Notes: generated by a model from the sequence alone, not told the origin. DNA of 64,000 nt from Octopus vulgaris (GCA_951406725.2 OX597831.1:77252001-77316000); one strand, 5' to 3'; shown: positions 14,311 through 28,826, counted from the first letter of the stretch. Numbers and translations: made by a program.

Positions 14311-14525
14311 GGGTAAATGGAACTGGAGTCTATATTATTTACTGGTATTATATATGTATCACCTCCCAGATTAGTGAGAGCAAATGCTATAGGTGCTGGG
14401 ATTTGAACTCAAAACGCGATGAAGTGGAGAATGAAAAATCATGCATTTCGCCGTGTCTAACACTGAAGTGATTCTGCCGAACGACTGGCGAAAATATGAA
14501 CCGATAAACATATAAACATACCATA

Positions 14526-14658
14526 GGCTCAGACGGTTAAGTAGCTGGCTTCCCAACCACATGGTTCCGGGTTCAGTCCTACTGCGTGGCACTTTGGGAA
14601 AATGACTTCTGCTATAACCTCGTGCCGACCAGACCAAAGCCTTGTGAGAAGCTCGTCG

Positions 14659-14718
<60 letters not shown>

Positions 14719-14730
14719 CACACACGCACG

Positions 14731-14777
<47 letters not shown>

Positions 14778-14995
14778 ATATAAATGTATATGGTTGTGTG
14801 ACGGTGTTTGTTTCTCCACCATCGCTTGATAACCGATGGTGGTGTGTTTACGTCCCCAAAACTTGGAGGTTCGGCAAAAAGAGACCGATAGAATAAGTAC
14901 TAGGTTGACAAAGAATACCTTCTGGGGTGGATTTCCTTGACTAAAAGCGGTGCTCCAGCATCGGCGCAGTCAAATGACTAAAACAAGTTAAAGAA
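14526..14995 (+). mobile_element. SINE family 1
   Basis: Same head, core and tail as the 9455 copy, with an internal TA/TG/CA tract. Confidence 0.8.
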
Positions 14996-15070
14996 ACCAA
15001 GAATACATATTTTTCATAATACATAAACACAAAAGCTTACACACATATGTATATATATATATATATATAT

Positions 15071-15260
15071 TGGTAAAAACGGTAAGATAACAAAAGAAAG
15101 AAAGAGACCTCAATATTATGTAAATAGAGGAAATTTATCTGTAAAATAATATGTTACAATTACTCAATAGTCAAGATAAAACTCTGAGTTTCGGATGCCG
15201 AGGTGGAAAACTCAGAGTTTTATCTTGGCAATTGAATAATTGTCACATATTATTTTAAAG

Positions 15261-15262
<2 letters not shown>
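15071..15262. mobile_element. Foldback element (about 55-bp arms 15137-15192 / 15206-15262) between (TA)n tracts
   Basis: ATCTGTAAAATAATATG...AAACTCTGAGTTTC is inverted as GAAAACTCAGAGTTT...CATATTATTTTAAAGAT. It retains only the hammerhead 3' half GAAACUCAGAGUU. Confidence 0.7.
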
Positions 15263-15320
<58 letters not shown>

Positions 15321-15497
15321 ACGTATATATATATATATATATATATAAGTACGTATATGTATTTATATTCAGATGAATATGGTACTTATGTTGAGGCACC
15401 AGAATTTAGTACGGTATTACCCATACAATTTCAAAGTAAGGGCATTAAAATCAAAATAGGCAACAAGGATATCCTTGTTACTTATTTTGACATATGC

Positions 15498-15538
<41 letters not shown>

Positions 15539-15628
15539 CAAATATATATGTGTATATATACATATACATACACACATATACACATATATACACATACACG
15601 CACACACATACAGATATATATGTGTGTA

Positions 15629-15659
<31 letters not shown>

Positions 15660-15788
15660 GATCGATTGGCAAATTCTTCAGATTGGTGACGTATAGTTTC
15701 TCTCATGTGAGTTCTTATTTCTAATACAGTCGACGTTCACTTTCCTCTTTCATTTTTCGTAGGATCGATAAAAATGCACCGACCCAAT

Positions 15789-15844
<56 letters not shown>

Positions 15845-15989
15845 GCCATGGCGTGCAGGATTTTCCGCTGAATCAAGATGTGAGGCGGGATGGGGTTGAG
15901 GTCGAGAGCGTGTCTGTGGCTCGTGACTATCAGGGCTCCGAAAACAATTATCAATAATATGGTATTCTAGCTGAGGACAGACAGACACA

Positions 15990-16062
<73 letters not shown>

Positions 16063-16153
16063 GCATACACTCACAAACACGCACAAACACTCACACACAA
16101 ACACACTCACACACACAAATACTCACATGCATACCTGCACGCACACACGTATA

Positions 16154-16468
16154 GGCGCAGGCGTGGCTGTGTGGCAAGAAGCTTGCTTCCCAACTAAATG
16201 GTTCCGGGTTCAGTCCCACTGCACGGAACCTTAGGCAAGTGTCTTTTCTATAGCCTTGGGCCGACCAAAGCTTTGTGAGTAGATTTGGTAGACGGAAACT
16301 GGAAGAAGCCCATCGTATATATATATATATACATGCATATTTATATGTATATGTATATGTTTGTGTGTCTTTGTGAGTGATAGAATAAGTACTATGTTTA
16401 CAAAAATAAGTCCTGGGGTCGATTTGTGCAACTAAAGGCGGTGCTGTAGCATGGCCGCATTCAAATGA
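16154..16468 (+). mobile_element. SINE family 1 (internally deleted)
   Basis: GGCGCAGGCGTGGCTGTGTGGCAAG head and ...GATAGAATAAGTACT...AAAGGCGGTGCT tail. Confidence 0.8.
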
Positions 16469-16519
16469 TTACCTTAATGTGTACTCTGTATTCCGTTGTA
16501 ATGTTGTTAGTTCACTGAT

Positions 16520-16557
<38 letters not shown>

Positions 16558-17271
16558 GTGTGTATGTGTGTGTGTGTGTGCATACACTTGTGTGTGTGTG
16601 CATACACTTGTGTGTGCGTGGTGTGTGTGTGTGTGTGTGTGACTCCGTGTGCTTGTGTGTGTATGCTCGTTTGTGCGTGCGCGTGTATGTATCTATATAT
16701 ATATAAACACACAGGCATATACACACATACATACGTTCATACGCACACACATACATCCATATATACATATATATATATAGATAGATAGATAGCTATATAG
16801 TTCACATAGATACGTAGATGCATTTACAGAGAGAGAAAAAGAAAAACAGGGAGAGGGCAGAGAAAGAGAAACCTGACTGGGTGTATATGTCACTGTGTCT
16901 ACGCATTTCTGCGGGTGTATATCTATGTATGTGTACTAGTATATATGTATGTGTACTATGTATATGTACTAGTATATCTATGTATGTGTACTAGTATACG
17001 TGTATATCTATCTTTGTGTACTAGTATGAATGTATGTATATATATATGTATATAAGTATGTATGATTGCATGTGTATAAGTACGTTTTTAGGTATGTATG
17101 TAGTATGTATGTATATATATATATATGTGTGTGTTTATATTGACTTTTTATCAAGTGACCTCTGTGGGCTTTGTTGGGCCGACACAAATGCGAAGAGCAA
17201 CGTTTTTGAATGTCAGTGTACACACAATCACACACAATCAGAGGCACTCACACACACATACACACATACAC

Positions 17272-17302
<31 letters not shown>

Positions 17303-17720
17303 CTCATACAACCGTACTTACAACCATAAAAGTATACTCACACAAACACACATGCACGCATACACACCCACATATAGTTTCTGTCTCCCTCACATATTGA
17401 CACACAGAACTGCTTGTCATACACACACACTTACAAAAACCCACAATCGCAAAACTTCTTTCTGTCTGCCTGCCTCCCTCTCTGTCTCATTATCAGTCTC
17501 TCTCTCTCTCTCTCCCTCTCTCTCTCGTACACACATACTCATACCTATACTCTCACAAACTTTGCTCTACATATACATACCCACGGTCTCTCACTTTTTA
17601 GCAGATCGGCGCTCACAAACACTTAGGGACACACACACACACACATGCATATATACATATATATATACATATATATATATATATACATATACATACACAT
17701 ATACACACACACACACACAT

Positions 17721-17753
<33 letters not shown>

Positions 17754-17754
17754 A

Positions 17755-17789
<35 letters not shown>

Positions 17790-18401
17790 CCTATATATAT
17801 ATACATATATTTATATATACATACATATATACACACATGCATATATATATATACACGTATATATATGAACATATATATATATACATATATATATATGCAT
17901 ATATATATTTGTATATATATGCATAAACATACATACACACACACCCATATATATATATACATAGGAATATAATACCTATATGTACATATATACATACACA
18001 CATATATGCATACATACACACAACATACATATATATATGTGTGTATGTATATGTATTTATGTATGTATGCTTTTATGTATGCATGTATGTATGTATGTAT
18101 GCATGTATGCATGTATGTATGTATGTATGTATGTATGTATGTATGTATGTATGTATGTATGTATGTATGTATGTATGTATGTATGTGTGTATGTATTTAT
18201 GTACACATAGAGTTAGAGACACACACAGACAGAGTGCAGAAAGAGCGACAGATTTTTATTGCGGTAAATACATATAAAATTATCATTTGTAGTCTCAAGT
18301 TTTCATAACTTGACTTTTTATACACGTACATCTATGTATGCTGGCATATTTGCGTATGCGAATACACACATATATGCATGTATATATATATATATATATA
18401 T

Positions 18402-19037
18402 GAAATAAAATACAAAATAGGACAAGAACGCAAAACATCCGGACAACTAGTTGAAACACGGACGGTTCATTCGAAGCCTTTTATCTTCAGTCAAGAACCA
18501 GATCATCCTCGCAATTTGGGCTGAATAATATTGAGATTGCTCCAATCTGGCCAGCCCCAAGGAAAAACTAAGCTATGAGCATTAGATTCCTTGGGAAAAG
18601 GATCGAATGTATACGAAACAAGGACAGAAAAACGGACGATGTTACCCGAATATAAATATAAAAATAATACAAAAAATACAAAAAAACAATAATAACAGGC
18701 TATAACAACAGGCGTCTTTCGACTGGGGACGAATTGAATTCAGCTGGCGTGTTGGGAATTGAGCCTTACGGCAGAGGGAAGAATATCGATGTGGGAGTAA
18801 TCGTAGTCAAAAGCAAAAAGGGCTATCAGTCGGCCAACGGTCACGTGAGAAGAGAAGAGAGAGGAAAAGAGGAACCAAGGAATTGTTGCATAGTCAGATC
18901 GTTGGTACCTAAACCGGTCACCTCACCCAGCTTGATTGTTGAAGAAAGGGATTTATTCGACATCCTTCTGGACAAAATCCCAAATCTGTCAAAGTGGGGA
19001 GGAACTCAAGAAAGTCAACAGCTATCCAATAAAGTGT
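18402..19037 (-). mobile_element. Longest copy of 'family A' repeat
   Basis: Reverse complement of about 190-530 over roughly 350 bp, plus extra sequence; begins at (TA)n. Confidence 0.5.
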
Positions 19038-19048
19038 AAATATTTATA

Positions 19049-19420
19049 TCTATATATATAAAGCTGAAGTTGTTTGTGTGTGGCAGGTTTGGTAGCCTTC
19101 AACTAACATTATCTCCTCCGAGACCCGGCGGCGCAAGTTGACCAAAATTGAAAGTATGATTGAAGAAGGCTTCAAAATTCAAATCGGACCATGTTAACAC
19201 CAAAAATTATTTATATAAAAAAGGTGATTTTTTTTCTATGAAAATCCCTATTTTTTACGATTTTTTGACTGCTGTGTCGCCATTTTTCAGTGTATTTCAG
19301 CCAGGAAAAATGTTCACTTAAAGAGAATAACAAGCTACATAATGCAAAAGTTTTACTTTTCAAAAATTCCAATTCTAAAGGGTCGAAACAAACCCGAGCA
19401 ACGCCGGGTGATACTGCTAG
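19049..19420 (+). mobile_element. Non-autonomous Helitron
   Basis: A|TCTATATATATAAAG 5' end, subterminal hairpin CCCGAGCAACGCCGGG, CTAG|T 3' end, no TSD. A second copy lies at 53610-53993. Confidence 0.88.
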
Positions 19421-20650
19421 TGTTTGTATAAATGAATTCTTGGCAGATATGAGCTGGGAGGGAGAAATATACAGGTTGATGTCCAAGGGACGACCAGGGA
19501 CGAAGGGAATCTCGTCTTTGTCAATGCATCCCTCTCGGAAAAGGTTAACTCGTATACAGGGTGACTGAAAGTGACTCCCTATTTTAAAATATTTATAAAT
19601 TATTTATTAATTGTAATTTTTACAAAAATATGGATATTTTAAATTCGATATGGGCTCTAGATGTCGTCACCAGCTTCTTCGTCGCAAAAATAAGATAAAA
19701 AAAAAGAAAAGAATATTTTCAGCTTCCACACAAAACCATATTTGTTTTTCTGGGTTTCTCTTGGATCGATTCAGTGGGGAAAAAAACTGCAAGAAAAGTG
19801 AAATGCGAAACAGAGAAAGAAAAATAATAACAATAATGATAACGTCGTCGTTGGTTGAATTAAAAGGCATTAATAATTTTACAGGTATTTTATATATTTA
19901 ATTTAGTTTAAAGGCAAAATGGTGAATAGGTCAGATTTACGTTCGGGTTTTTATACAATCCAACGCTGGAAAATCAAAATGAATAAAAATGAAATATATA
20001 ATCCGGAAGTACGGTGAGCAGATATTTATTTAAGGAAGGAACATTGAGAGAGACAGAGAGAGAGAGAGAGAGAAAGAAAGAAAGGGATAGGGGTAGAGGG
20101 GGAGAGAGAGGGTGATGAGGAGAAGGCAAGGGAGAGACGATGAGAGAAAAGATTGGTGCCAAGCAGAAAAAGATGTAAAGAACGAAGACACACGCACACA
20201 CGCACACACACACACGCACACGCACACACGCACACGCACACATGCACACGCACACGCACACACGCACACGCACACATGCACACACACACATGCATACACA
20301 AACACACATTATCAAACACACACACACACACACGCATGCATATAAAAACACACACTCAAACACACACATGCACATATATACAGACATAGACACACACACA
20401 AATATATACACTTATATATATATATATAATTATATATATATACAAATGTGTGTGTGTGTAATTATATACGTATATGCATATATAGTAGTGCGCATATGCA
20501 CAGTTATATATACATATATCATACATGCATACATATCTATATATATATATACAAACATATTGTTGTATGTATATGCATACACAGACGCACACACACACAC
20601 ATATGTATATACGCACACACATACACACGCGTGCGCGCACACACACAAGT

Positions 20651-20690
<40 letters not shown>

Positions 20691-21351
20691 GCACACACAC
20701 ATATATATAGCGAAAGAGAGAGAGAGAGACAGTGAGATACGGAAAGAGAGTGAGAGAGGTAGAAAGCGCACACAAGAGAGGGAGAGAGAGAGGGAGAGAG
20801 AGAGCAAAAGAGAGAGAAAGAGAGATATGTAGGCAGATGACAGTGTACTGTTTATGAATGTGTGTGTGTGTATGTGTGTGTAAGAGAGGGAGAGAGAGAG
20901 AGTGAGTGAGAGACAGAAACAGAGAGAAAGATAGGGTGAAAGACAGAGAGAGAGTGAGTGAGTGAGTGAGTGAGTGAGAGTGAGAGAAGGAAAGTCGAAA
21001 TAGTTCCGTTGCCTTTCTGTAAAGGACACTTAATTATATAATTATGCCATAAACAATTAAGAAGACACTATTAATGCGTGTGAAATGTAAGTACATTCTC
21101 AGTTTGCCAAGGAAGGTGAATCCGCTTACTGTTGAGTGCTTCCTATCCAGGGGGACGTGGAATTCCCTTCCTGTACTTTTACAGAACGGCACACACTACT
21201 ACAGTCCTGCAATAACTTCACAAGTATTCAATGTTTGACAGACAGGCAAGTAGATGGATAGATATGTGTGTGTGCGTGTGTGTGCCCGCATGTCTATATG
21301 TTTGTGTGTGTATGCGTATGTGTGTATGTGCGCGTGCGTGTGTGTATGTAC

Positions 21352-21426
<75 letters not shown>

Positions 21427-21448
21427 CATACATACATACACACACACG

Positions 21449-21513
<65 letters not shown>

Positions 21514-21593
21514 GCTAAAGAGGACAACAAACATTAAGGCAAGGCAAACATCTCAAGTCGTATACAGTATTATTTGGAAAACAAAACTTCAAA

Positions 21594-21649
21594 GTCTTAC
21601 AACTGTTTCTGGGATATCCCCGTGTATGGGATATTCCGTCATCAGAGAC
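21594..21649 (-). ncRNA. Type-I hammerhead ribozyme, intact core
   Basis: Minus strand gucu-CUGAUGA-c-ggaauauccc...gggauauccc-a-GAAAC-aguu-GUA-agac. Stem I gucu/agac, a 9-of-10 bp stem II, GUA cleavage triplet; about 80 bp from a (TA)n tract. Confidence 0.8.
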
Positions 21650-22061
21650 AAGTAGGGAAAAATAGGGAAGATGAGAAAGGTATATATTAATGAGATGACA
21701 ACATAGAGGAAGGATGTAAAAGAATAAGGAGATGGAAAGAGAGAAGAAAAAAGAAACATAAAAGTTCATAGTTCAACTTTCCAAAGTTATAGAAACCAGA
21801 GCATGAGTCCTTAGGTGCAATCCTGCGGAGATCCGTGTGGATTAAAATCCTGATATTAGCAGACATCCAGAGAAACAAGACGCAAACATATCAGCGTTGA
21901 ATAACGTGTATGTATATATTAGACGGACATAAGTTCCAGCGGCGTTTATTCAGGAACAAATTTTTGAGTACATTTAAGAGTACAATATTTGAAGCAATTT
22001 AGCGTTACATTACAAAAGTACCCTTAGGTATAGCAGGAAATATTGCTGTCTAATAATCTGA

Positions 22062-22348
22062 AAGGCACTCCGTCAGTTACGACGACGCGGGTTGCAGTTG
22101 ATCCTATGATGAACGGAACAGCCTGCTCGTGAAAGCAACGCGAAAGTGGCTGCGTGCCCTACAAACACGCGTACCCTCAACGAAGTTCTCAGGGAGATAC
22201 AGCGTGACACTGAATGTACAGCTCATATTTGCCAGCTGAGTGGGCTGGGGTAACGTGGAACGAAGTACCTTGGTCGAGGACATAACGTACTGTCGGGTAA
22301 TGTACTCATCGTGAGCTGAATGCCTTAACCATTTAGCCACGCGTCTTC
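22062..22348 (-). mobile_element. tRNA-derived SINE family 4 (CORE/Meta-like central block) with the tail of the 61208 copy
   Basis: Minus-strand head GACGCGTGGCTAAATGGTTAAGGCATTC, centre ...CCACTCAGCTGGCAAATATGAG, tail GCAGGCTGTTCCGTT...GTAACTGACGGAGTGCC. Confidence 0.7.
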
Positions 22349-22454
22349 TGTCGAATAATAATATGTAAGTAACTGTCATACCGAATCTCAGGGTAGGCCT
22401 CAGGCCCACCACTCCAGAATTTCCATTCTGTCTGTCTTTTAAACAGGTTCAACA

Positions 22455-22605
22455 TATTACTCATTTGTGCCAGCTGAGTGGATTGGGGCAACGTAAAATG
22501 AAGTGTCTTGCTCAAGAGCAGAACACATCACCCGGTCCACAAACCAAAACCTCAATCTTGAGATCTTGAACCCAACACCCATAACCACTAAATCACGTGC
22601 CTCCA
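22455..22605 (-). mobile_element. SINE family 4, head and central block
   Basis: Minus strand GTGGAGGCACGTGATTTAGTGGTTA...CTTGAGCAAGACACTTC...CCACTCAGCTGGCACAAATGAGTA. Confidence 0.7.
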
Positions 22606-22616
22606 CTGACACGTGA

Positions 22617-22992
22617 TTTAGCACGTTTGGCAAAATGCTTGGCGGTATTTCGTCTGCCGTTACGTTCTGAGTTCAAATTCCGCCGAGGTCGACTTTGCCT
22701 TTTATCCTTTCGAGGTCGATAAATTAAGTTCCAGTTACGCACTGGGGTCGATATAATCGACTTAATCCGTTTGTCTGTCCTTGTTTGTCCCTTCTGTGTT
22801 TAGCCCCTTGCGGGTAGTAAAGAAATAGATATTTCGTCTGTCTTTACATTCTGCTTTCAAATATTGCCGAAGCCGACTTTATCTTTCATCCTTTCGGGGG
22901 TCGATAAAATTTAAGCACCATTCGAGCATTGGGGTTGATGTAATCGACTTGCTCCCAACTCCGAAATTGCTTGCCTTGTGCCAAAATTTGAT
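22617..22992 (+). mobile_element. SINE family 2 with two tandem internal units
   Basis: The TATTTCGTCTG...GACTTT(G/A)..TTTCATCCTTTCGGGGTCGAT block occurs twice, about 183 bp apart. Confidence 0.75.
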
Positions 22993-23794
22993 ACCTATAT
23001 TTAAATAAATAGTATTCTTATGGAGTCAGGCTAGGGCGAAGAGACCATCAGATTAAAATTTGCACATGGCAGAGAGAGCCACGGACAAAATTAACATTGA
23101 GGAGGCCTAGTTTTGCATATGGAACTCCGAGTGATTTTCTCATACATTGTTTTCTTGAGGGGAAAAGTGCATCTTAAGCCCAATCAAATGCGATGATTTA
23201 TTTAATCGACCTCGGAAGGATAAAAGGCAAATTTGAAACCTTAGTGAGATTTTAACGTTGATCGTTACCGAAACAAATACTTCCAGGCGTTGTATACGAC
23301 GCTCCAATGTCTTTGGAAATCCACCACTCTCGGTGTTCCACTGATTTTGCCAGACAAAACATCATGATGCTTGACAAACAGGAAGCCATCTTGATTTTAT
23401 AAAATAAATATGGTGGTTTGTCTACCGTCTTTTCAATTCTCACAGCCTTCCTTCCACCTCGTATTACTGTCAGCACAACACACATAAACACTCTCTCTTC
23501 ATCTCCTTCTTTCTCTCTCTTTTCTTTCTTTCTTTTCCTTCTCTTTCTCTCTCTCTTTCTCTCCCTCTGTTTCTCTGTCTCTCTCTAAACGTGGACGGCA
23601 TTTAATAGCAATAAGGCAAAGGAAAAGACGAAATTGGATAATGGAGTCCAGAAGACATGAAATGAAATAAGAAAAATTCAAATTAATGAAATAGAAAAGT
23701 AGGATGGTCACATTTGGAACCCCTTTGAAGATAGTTTCTGCTAAATTAGGGGTGACCTGGGTGTAAACAAAATCAAGAACAAGAGTAACCACGA

Positions 23795-24310
23795 AACAAC
23801 AGCATCATCATAGACAGCAGCAACACACCTACAGCATCATGGTCGTCATCACTCTCATCATCTTCAGCAGCAGCAGTAGCAGCAACAACAACAACAGCAG
23901 CGTCTTCAACAGCATGATCACAACCACCACCACCACCTACATCACTACCACCACCATCACCATCACTACAACTACCACCATCACTCCTTCCACCACTACC
24001 ACCACCAACACCTCCACCACCACCACCACCATCACCACCACCACCACCACCACCACCACCACCACCACCACCACCACCACCACCTCCACCACCACCACCA
24101 CCACCACCACCACCACCAGTTTCGTTTTCATCACCATCGCCATCAACATCATCAGCATCACCGTTATCAACACCAACATGATATCCACCCCCACCCTCAC
24201 ACCCACCACCACCTGCAACCCCATCATCATTTTTATCCTTCTCATCAACTTCATCTTCATCATCATCATCATCATCAACAGCAACAACGACAGCAACAAC
24301 CACAAACAAC
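23795..24310. repeat. Compound (CAC/CAT/CAG/CAA)n trinucleotide tract
   Basis: Direct reading; core (CAC)n at about 23990-24120. Confidence 0.95.
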
Positions 24311-24466
24311 AGTGGGAGAAATTGATGGCAAGCTCCCTGACAAGTCGAGGTATGGTATCCGGTTTCGGTTCCTGGTTGAAGTAATTTCCCTCCACTTCCG
24401 TTGCTAATACCCTTGGGGGGAAAGTATTTATTCATTCATTTCATCCACCTCTTTACCTCATCCACC

Positions 24467-24775
24467 TTCTTCTTCTTCTTCTTCTTCTTCTTCTTCTTCT
24501 TCTTCTTCTTCTTCTTCTTCTTCTTCTTCTTCTTCTTCTTCTTTCAACACACCCCGGTTAAAACAGACTCTATGTACCCGTTTTTTTCGTCATCCTGTTA
24601 CCCCCGCCAACCGCCAACTCCATCTCCTAGAAGAAAAAATAACAACGACACTTATCACGTGCCATACACCTCTCTTCTTCTTCTTCTTCTTCTTCTTCTT
24701 CTTCTTCTTCTTCTTCTTCTTCTTCTTCTTCTCCTCCTCCTCCTCCTCTTTCTCCTCCTTCTCCTTCTCATCCTT
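24467..24775. repeat. Two (TTC)n tracts
   Basis: Tracts at 24467-24543 and 24672-24775. Confidence 0.95.
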
Positions 24776-24915
24776 CTTAATATGCTCTCGCATACTCACG
24801 ACTTAACATTTATGCATAAATATATTTATATACATACATACATGCATACATATATACATACAAATACATACATATATGTATGAATGGATTACATGTATAT
24901 AAATGTGTGTGTGTG

Positions 24916-24956
<41 letters not shown>

Positions 24957-24958
<2 letters not shown>

Positions 24959-25159
24959 TCTTTACTCTTTTACTCTTTTACTTGTTTCAGTCATTTGACT
25001 GCGGCCATGCTGGAGCACCGCCTTTAGTCGAGCAAATCGACCCCGGGACTTATTCTTTGTAAGCCCAGTACTTATTCTATCGGTCTCTTTTGCCGAACCG
25101 ATAAGTGACGGGGACGTAAACACACCAGCATCGGTTGTCAAGCAATGCTAGGGGGACAA

Positions 25160-25249
<90 letters not shown>

Positions 25250-25411
25250 GACAGGCTTCTTTCAGTTTCCGTCTACCAAATCCACTCACAAGGCATTGGT
25301 CGGCCCGGGGCTATAGCAGAAGACACATGCCCAAGATGCCACGCAGTGGGACTGAACCCAGAACCATGTGGTTGGTTAGCAAGCTGCTTACCACACAGCC
25401 ACTCCTGCGCC
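24957..25411 (-). mobile_element. SINE family 1, near-consensus full-length copy
   Basis: Complete reverse complement with an (AGTAAAAG)n tail and internal (TA)n(TG)n; flanked by (TA)n. Confidence 0.9.
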
Positions 25412-25413
25412 TA

Positions 25414-25513
<100 letters not shown>

Positions 25514-25900
25514 TATCGAAATATAACTGTTAGATCCAAGTGTAGGAAGTTTGTAAGCTTCGTGCAGTCTGTGGTAGGTATAAAAACAACTTTCAGGAAC
25601 AATAGTTTTCATTCATCTTTATATTTTCATCTTTTTTCTTCTGTTCTTCCGGTTTTACCATTCATGTCAAATCACACTTTCGCTTTGTCAATTTTGAATC
25701 CCCAAACAATAACGTCCCCTTCATATATTTAAGGTACCTTTGGCCTCGAAGAGTAGGTGTTGAGCAAACCTCATTGAGTCAGTATTACATCAGAGGATCT
25801 ACTAGTTATGAAACATACCTGGATTTTTACCTGTTTCACATGAAACACAGCTGCATTTTACCTGTTCCACTCTCAGTTTGGATTATATATATGCATATAT

Positions 25901-26205
25901 GTGGAGGCACGTGGCCTAGTGGTTAGAGCAGCGAACTCGCGGTCGAGGGATCGTAGTTTCGAATCTCAGACCAGGCGATGTGTATGTTCATGAGCGAAAC
26001 ACCTATGCTCCACGCGGCTCCGGCAGAAGATAATCGCGAACCTCTGCTAATTCTTTAGTCACAACTGTCGCTCTTTCCTCCTTCATCTAACAGCTCACCT
26101 GCGACACACTAGCGTCCCGTCCAAGTGGGGAACCTATACGCCAACGAAACCGTGAAATCGGCCCTTATGAGTCAGGCAAGGCTCGAGGAAAAACAAGCAA
26201 CAATA
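25901..26205 (+). mobile_element. SINE family 3
   Basis: GTGGAGGCACGTGGCCTAGTGGTTAGAGCAGCGAACTCGCGGTCGAGGGATCGTAGTTTCGAATC head. ATATGCATATAT flanks both ends as a probable TSD. Confidence 0.8.
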
Positions 26206-26389
26206 ATATGCATATATGCATATATGCATACATGCATAAACACATATATACATACGTACATATGTGCATATATGCATACATGCATAAACATATATATACA
26301 TACGTACATATGTGCATATATGCATACATACATTTCCAATCTTCCGACTTAAATTCTCTCGATCTTCGGCTTCTGGAAATCCGAGAGAG

Positions 26390-26996
26390 AAGAATTTTTT
26401 TTCCACTCTAGGCAGAAGGTTCGAAATTTTTTCTTTTTTTTGGGGGAGTGGAACCAGTCGATTAGATCGACTCCAGTATGTAACTGGTACTTAATTTATC
26501 GACCCCAGAAAGGATGAAAGGCAAAGTCGACCACGGTGGAATTTGAATTCAGAACGTAGCGGCAGACGAAATACCTATTTCTTTACTACCCACAAAGGGC
26601 TAAACACAGAAGGGACAAACAAGGACAGACAAACAGATTAAGTCGATTATATCGACCCCAGTGCGTGACTGGTACTTATTTAATCGACCCCGAAGGGATG
26701 AAAGGCAAAGTCGACCTCGGCAGAATTTGAACTCAGAACGTAACGGCAGACGAAATACATATTTCTATTTCTTTACTTCCTACAAGGGGCTAAACATAGA
26801 GAGGATTAACAAGGACAGACAAACGGATTAAATTGATTACATCAACCCCAGTGCATAACTGGTACTTATTTAATCGACCCCGAAAGGATGAAAGGCAAAG
26901 TCGACCTCGACGGAATTTGAACTCAGAACGTAGCGGCAGACGAAATACGGCTACGCATTTCGCCCGGCGTGCTAACGTTTCTGTCAGGTCGCCGCC
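26390..26996 (-). mobile_element. SINE family 2 with three tandem ~185-bp internal units
   Basis: GCAAAGTCGA occurs at 26521, 26705 and 26895; a single head lies at about 26950-26996. Confidence 0.85.
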
Positions 26997-28776
26997 CTCC
27001 GAGAGAGAAGAATTTCTCGTACCTTTCCACCAACTTTTACTCCTCATGCTTTAAATTCCTACCCACTGACCTAAACTGCAGTGACCACCTGTACACACAC
27101 TCTTTGCTCCTCAGTCAACATTTGTACATCTTCACTCTCTTGCCTTCCATTTTTCTCCATCATCCATCTCTTACTAACCCTTCATTAACTTTGTCATCAA
27201 CCACTGCGCTACGAGAAAAGTCTACTGAAGATCGCTCAGTCTAAATTTATGAATACGAGCGTGAAGGCATGGAGCACAATAAACTGTAGACTCTTTATAT
27301 ACACGCACGGGTTCTGTGTGTGTGCGGGAGAGGGGTAATTTGTGACTAATTTTTACTGTACTGCGCTAATGTCCCTGAACAGAAGTACGACATCCAGGTT
27401 GCAAGGCTTCCAGTCTGAGAATTCGTTCCGCTCTTCCTCCTACAACTCTTGGAATCCCTATAACGGATGATAGGAACTGTCTCCCCTCTTGACTAAAGTA
27501 CAAAACAAACACTGAAATGGCCACTGAAATCTATGTCAATAACCTTGTAGCTACCATCAAATAGTTATACATTTGAGATGAAAGTTATGAAACACGCTAG
27601 TCGCTTATTGCTCAGAATTCACTATGTCGTTAACCTTGACAAGTATTGAATGTATTCAAATATACCTAAACATAGCATTAACCTTGAAATAAAGCCACAG
27701 TAAACCGTAATATAATATAGTTTTAATTTCATAGAATTCTCTTCATGATCCGTGACGTCAGTTTTGGCAACTGTGGCTATTGTTGTTGAACAAATTTGAA
27801 TACAAGAACTAAGTGATTGATACTGGTCTACGCCAGTTCAGTGACATAAAAATATAAGGAATTATGTATGTGAGACGTGAAAAAGCGAAATATACAACAT
27901 CCTTCCGAACAGGAAGACTATTTTATTGGGCTTTTTGTGCTTATGTTTTTTTTTCTTTTTGAGAATGTGGCCTGTAATACGATTTTTCTCCCCATTAAGA
28001 ACGAGTACTGTGGCACCTCTTTCTTTCTTTTGAGGACGAGACATGTGATATTCTTTCCATTCTTTTAAAGAATGGGTCCTGTGATACACATTCCTGCCTA
28101 TGGAATACTAATGTTATCTGATTTCTTAACAAATGTCATTGCTTCTATTGGTTTGAGACTTTGCAAAATATCGAACTAAATATCACTTAACAGCAAAATG
28201 ATTATTTATAATATCATATCTTTAGACACGTTGAGTATACGAGTATTTTGCCACTCATGTATCTTCGACAAATTCCAGAAATGAGCGTGTCTGTATCGCA
28301 CTCCTACTCGAATCTTTGTTCCATCTACTTTTTTTGCAAGAATTCAATTCAGATCAACTCTCTGAGGATAGCTTATTAACTTTTGAGCTATTTCCTGTTA
28401 CAGTGACAAGTTAGGGGAGATTTCGTTTTCTCTTCTCCTCTCAGAAGACAGCCCTTCGACAGAGTCACACGATGGAATAAACATAAAAAATTATGCAGTT
28501 TATGTTTGACGAAGAAATATCACATCTTAAGCAACCAAGAGAGAACTAAAACTAATATCGATCTGCAGACACTGTATACCAGGTTTTGCTATAAGTACCC
28601 GAATTAGCAGGGCAAAAGTGGCGTCACATAACGAGACACAGCTATCTTGTCTCTTGTTTAAAACACAATTAGAAATCCCAATGCGAGATCACTGTGGCCA
28701 TATTCTTTGACGCTAGCGTGAAAAGACTGCGAGGTAACAACGATAGTCGCGAATTAAAGTCAAACGCAAACACACA

Positions 28777-28826
<50 letters not shown>

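Noticed and set aside
15660-15705. Minus-strand GAAAC..GUC..CUGAAGA hammerhead-like words (also about 11545-11590)
   Set aside because: The required stems cannot be formed.
23773-24435. 220-aa Gly/Asp-rich ORF and overlapping Thr/Val-rich ORFs
   Set aside because: Product of (CAC/CAT)n repeats that are open in several frames.
26456-26950. CRISPR-like periodic repeats
   Set aside because: These are ~185-bp SINE units with no unique spacers, in a eukaryotic context with no cas genes.
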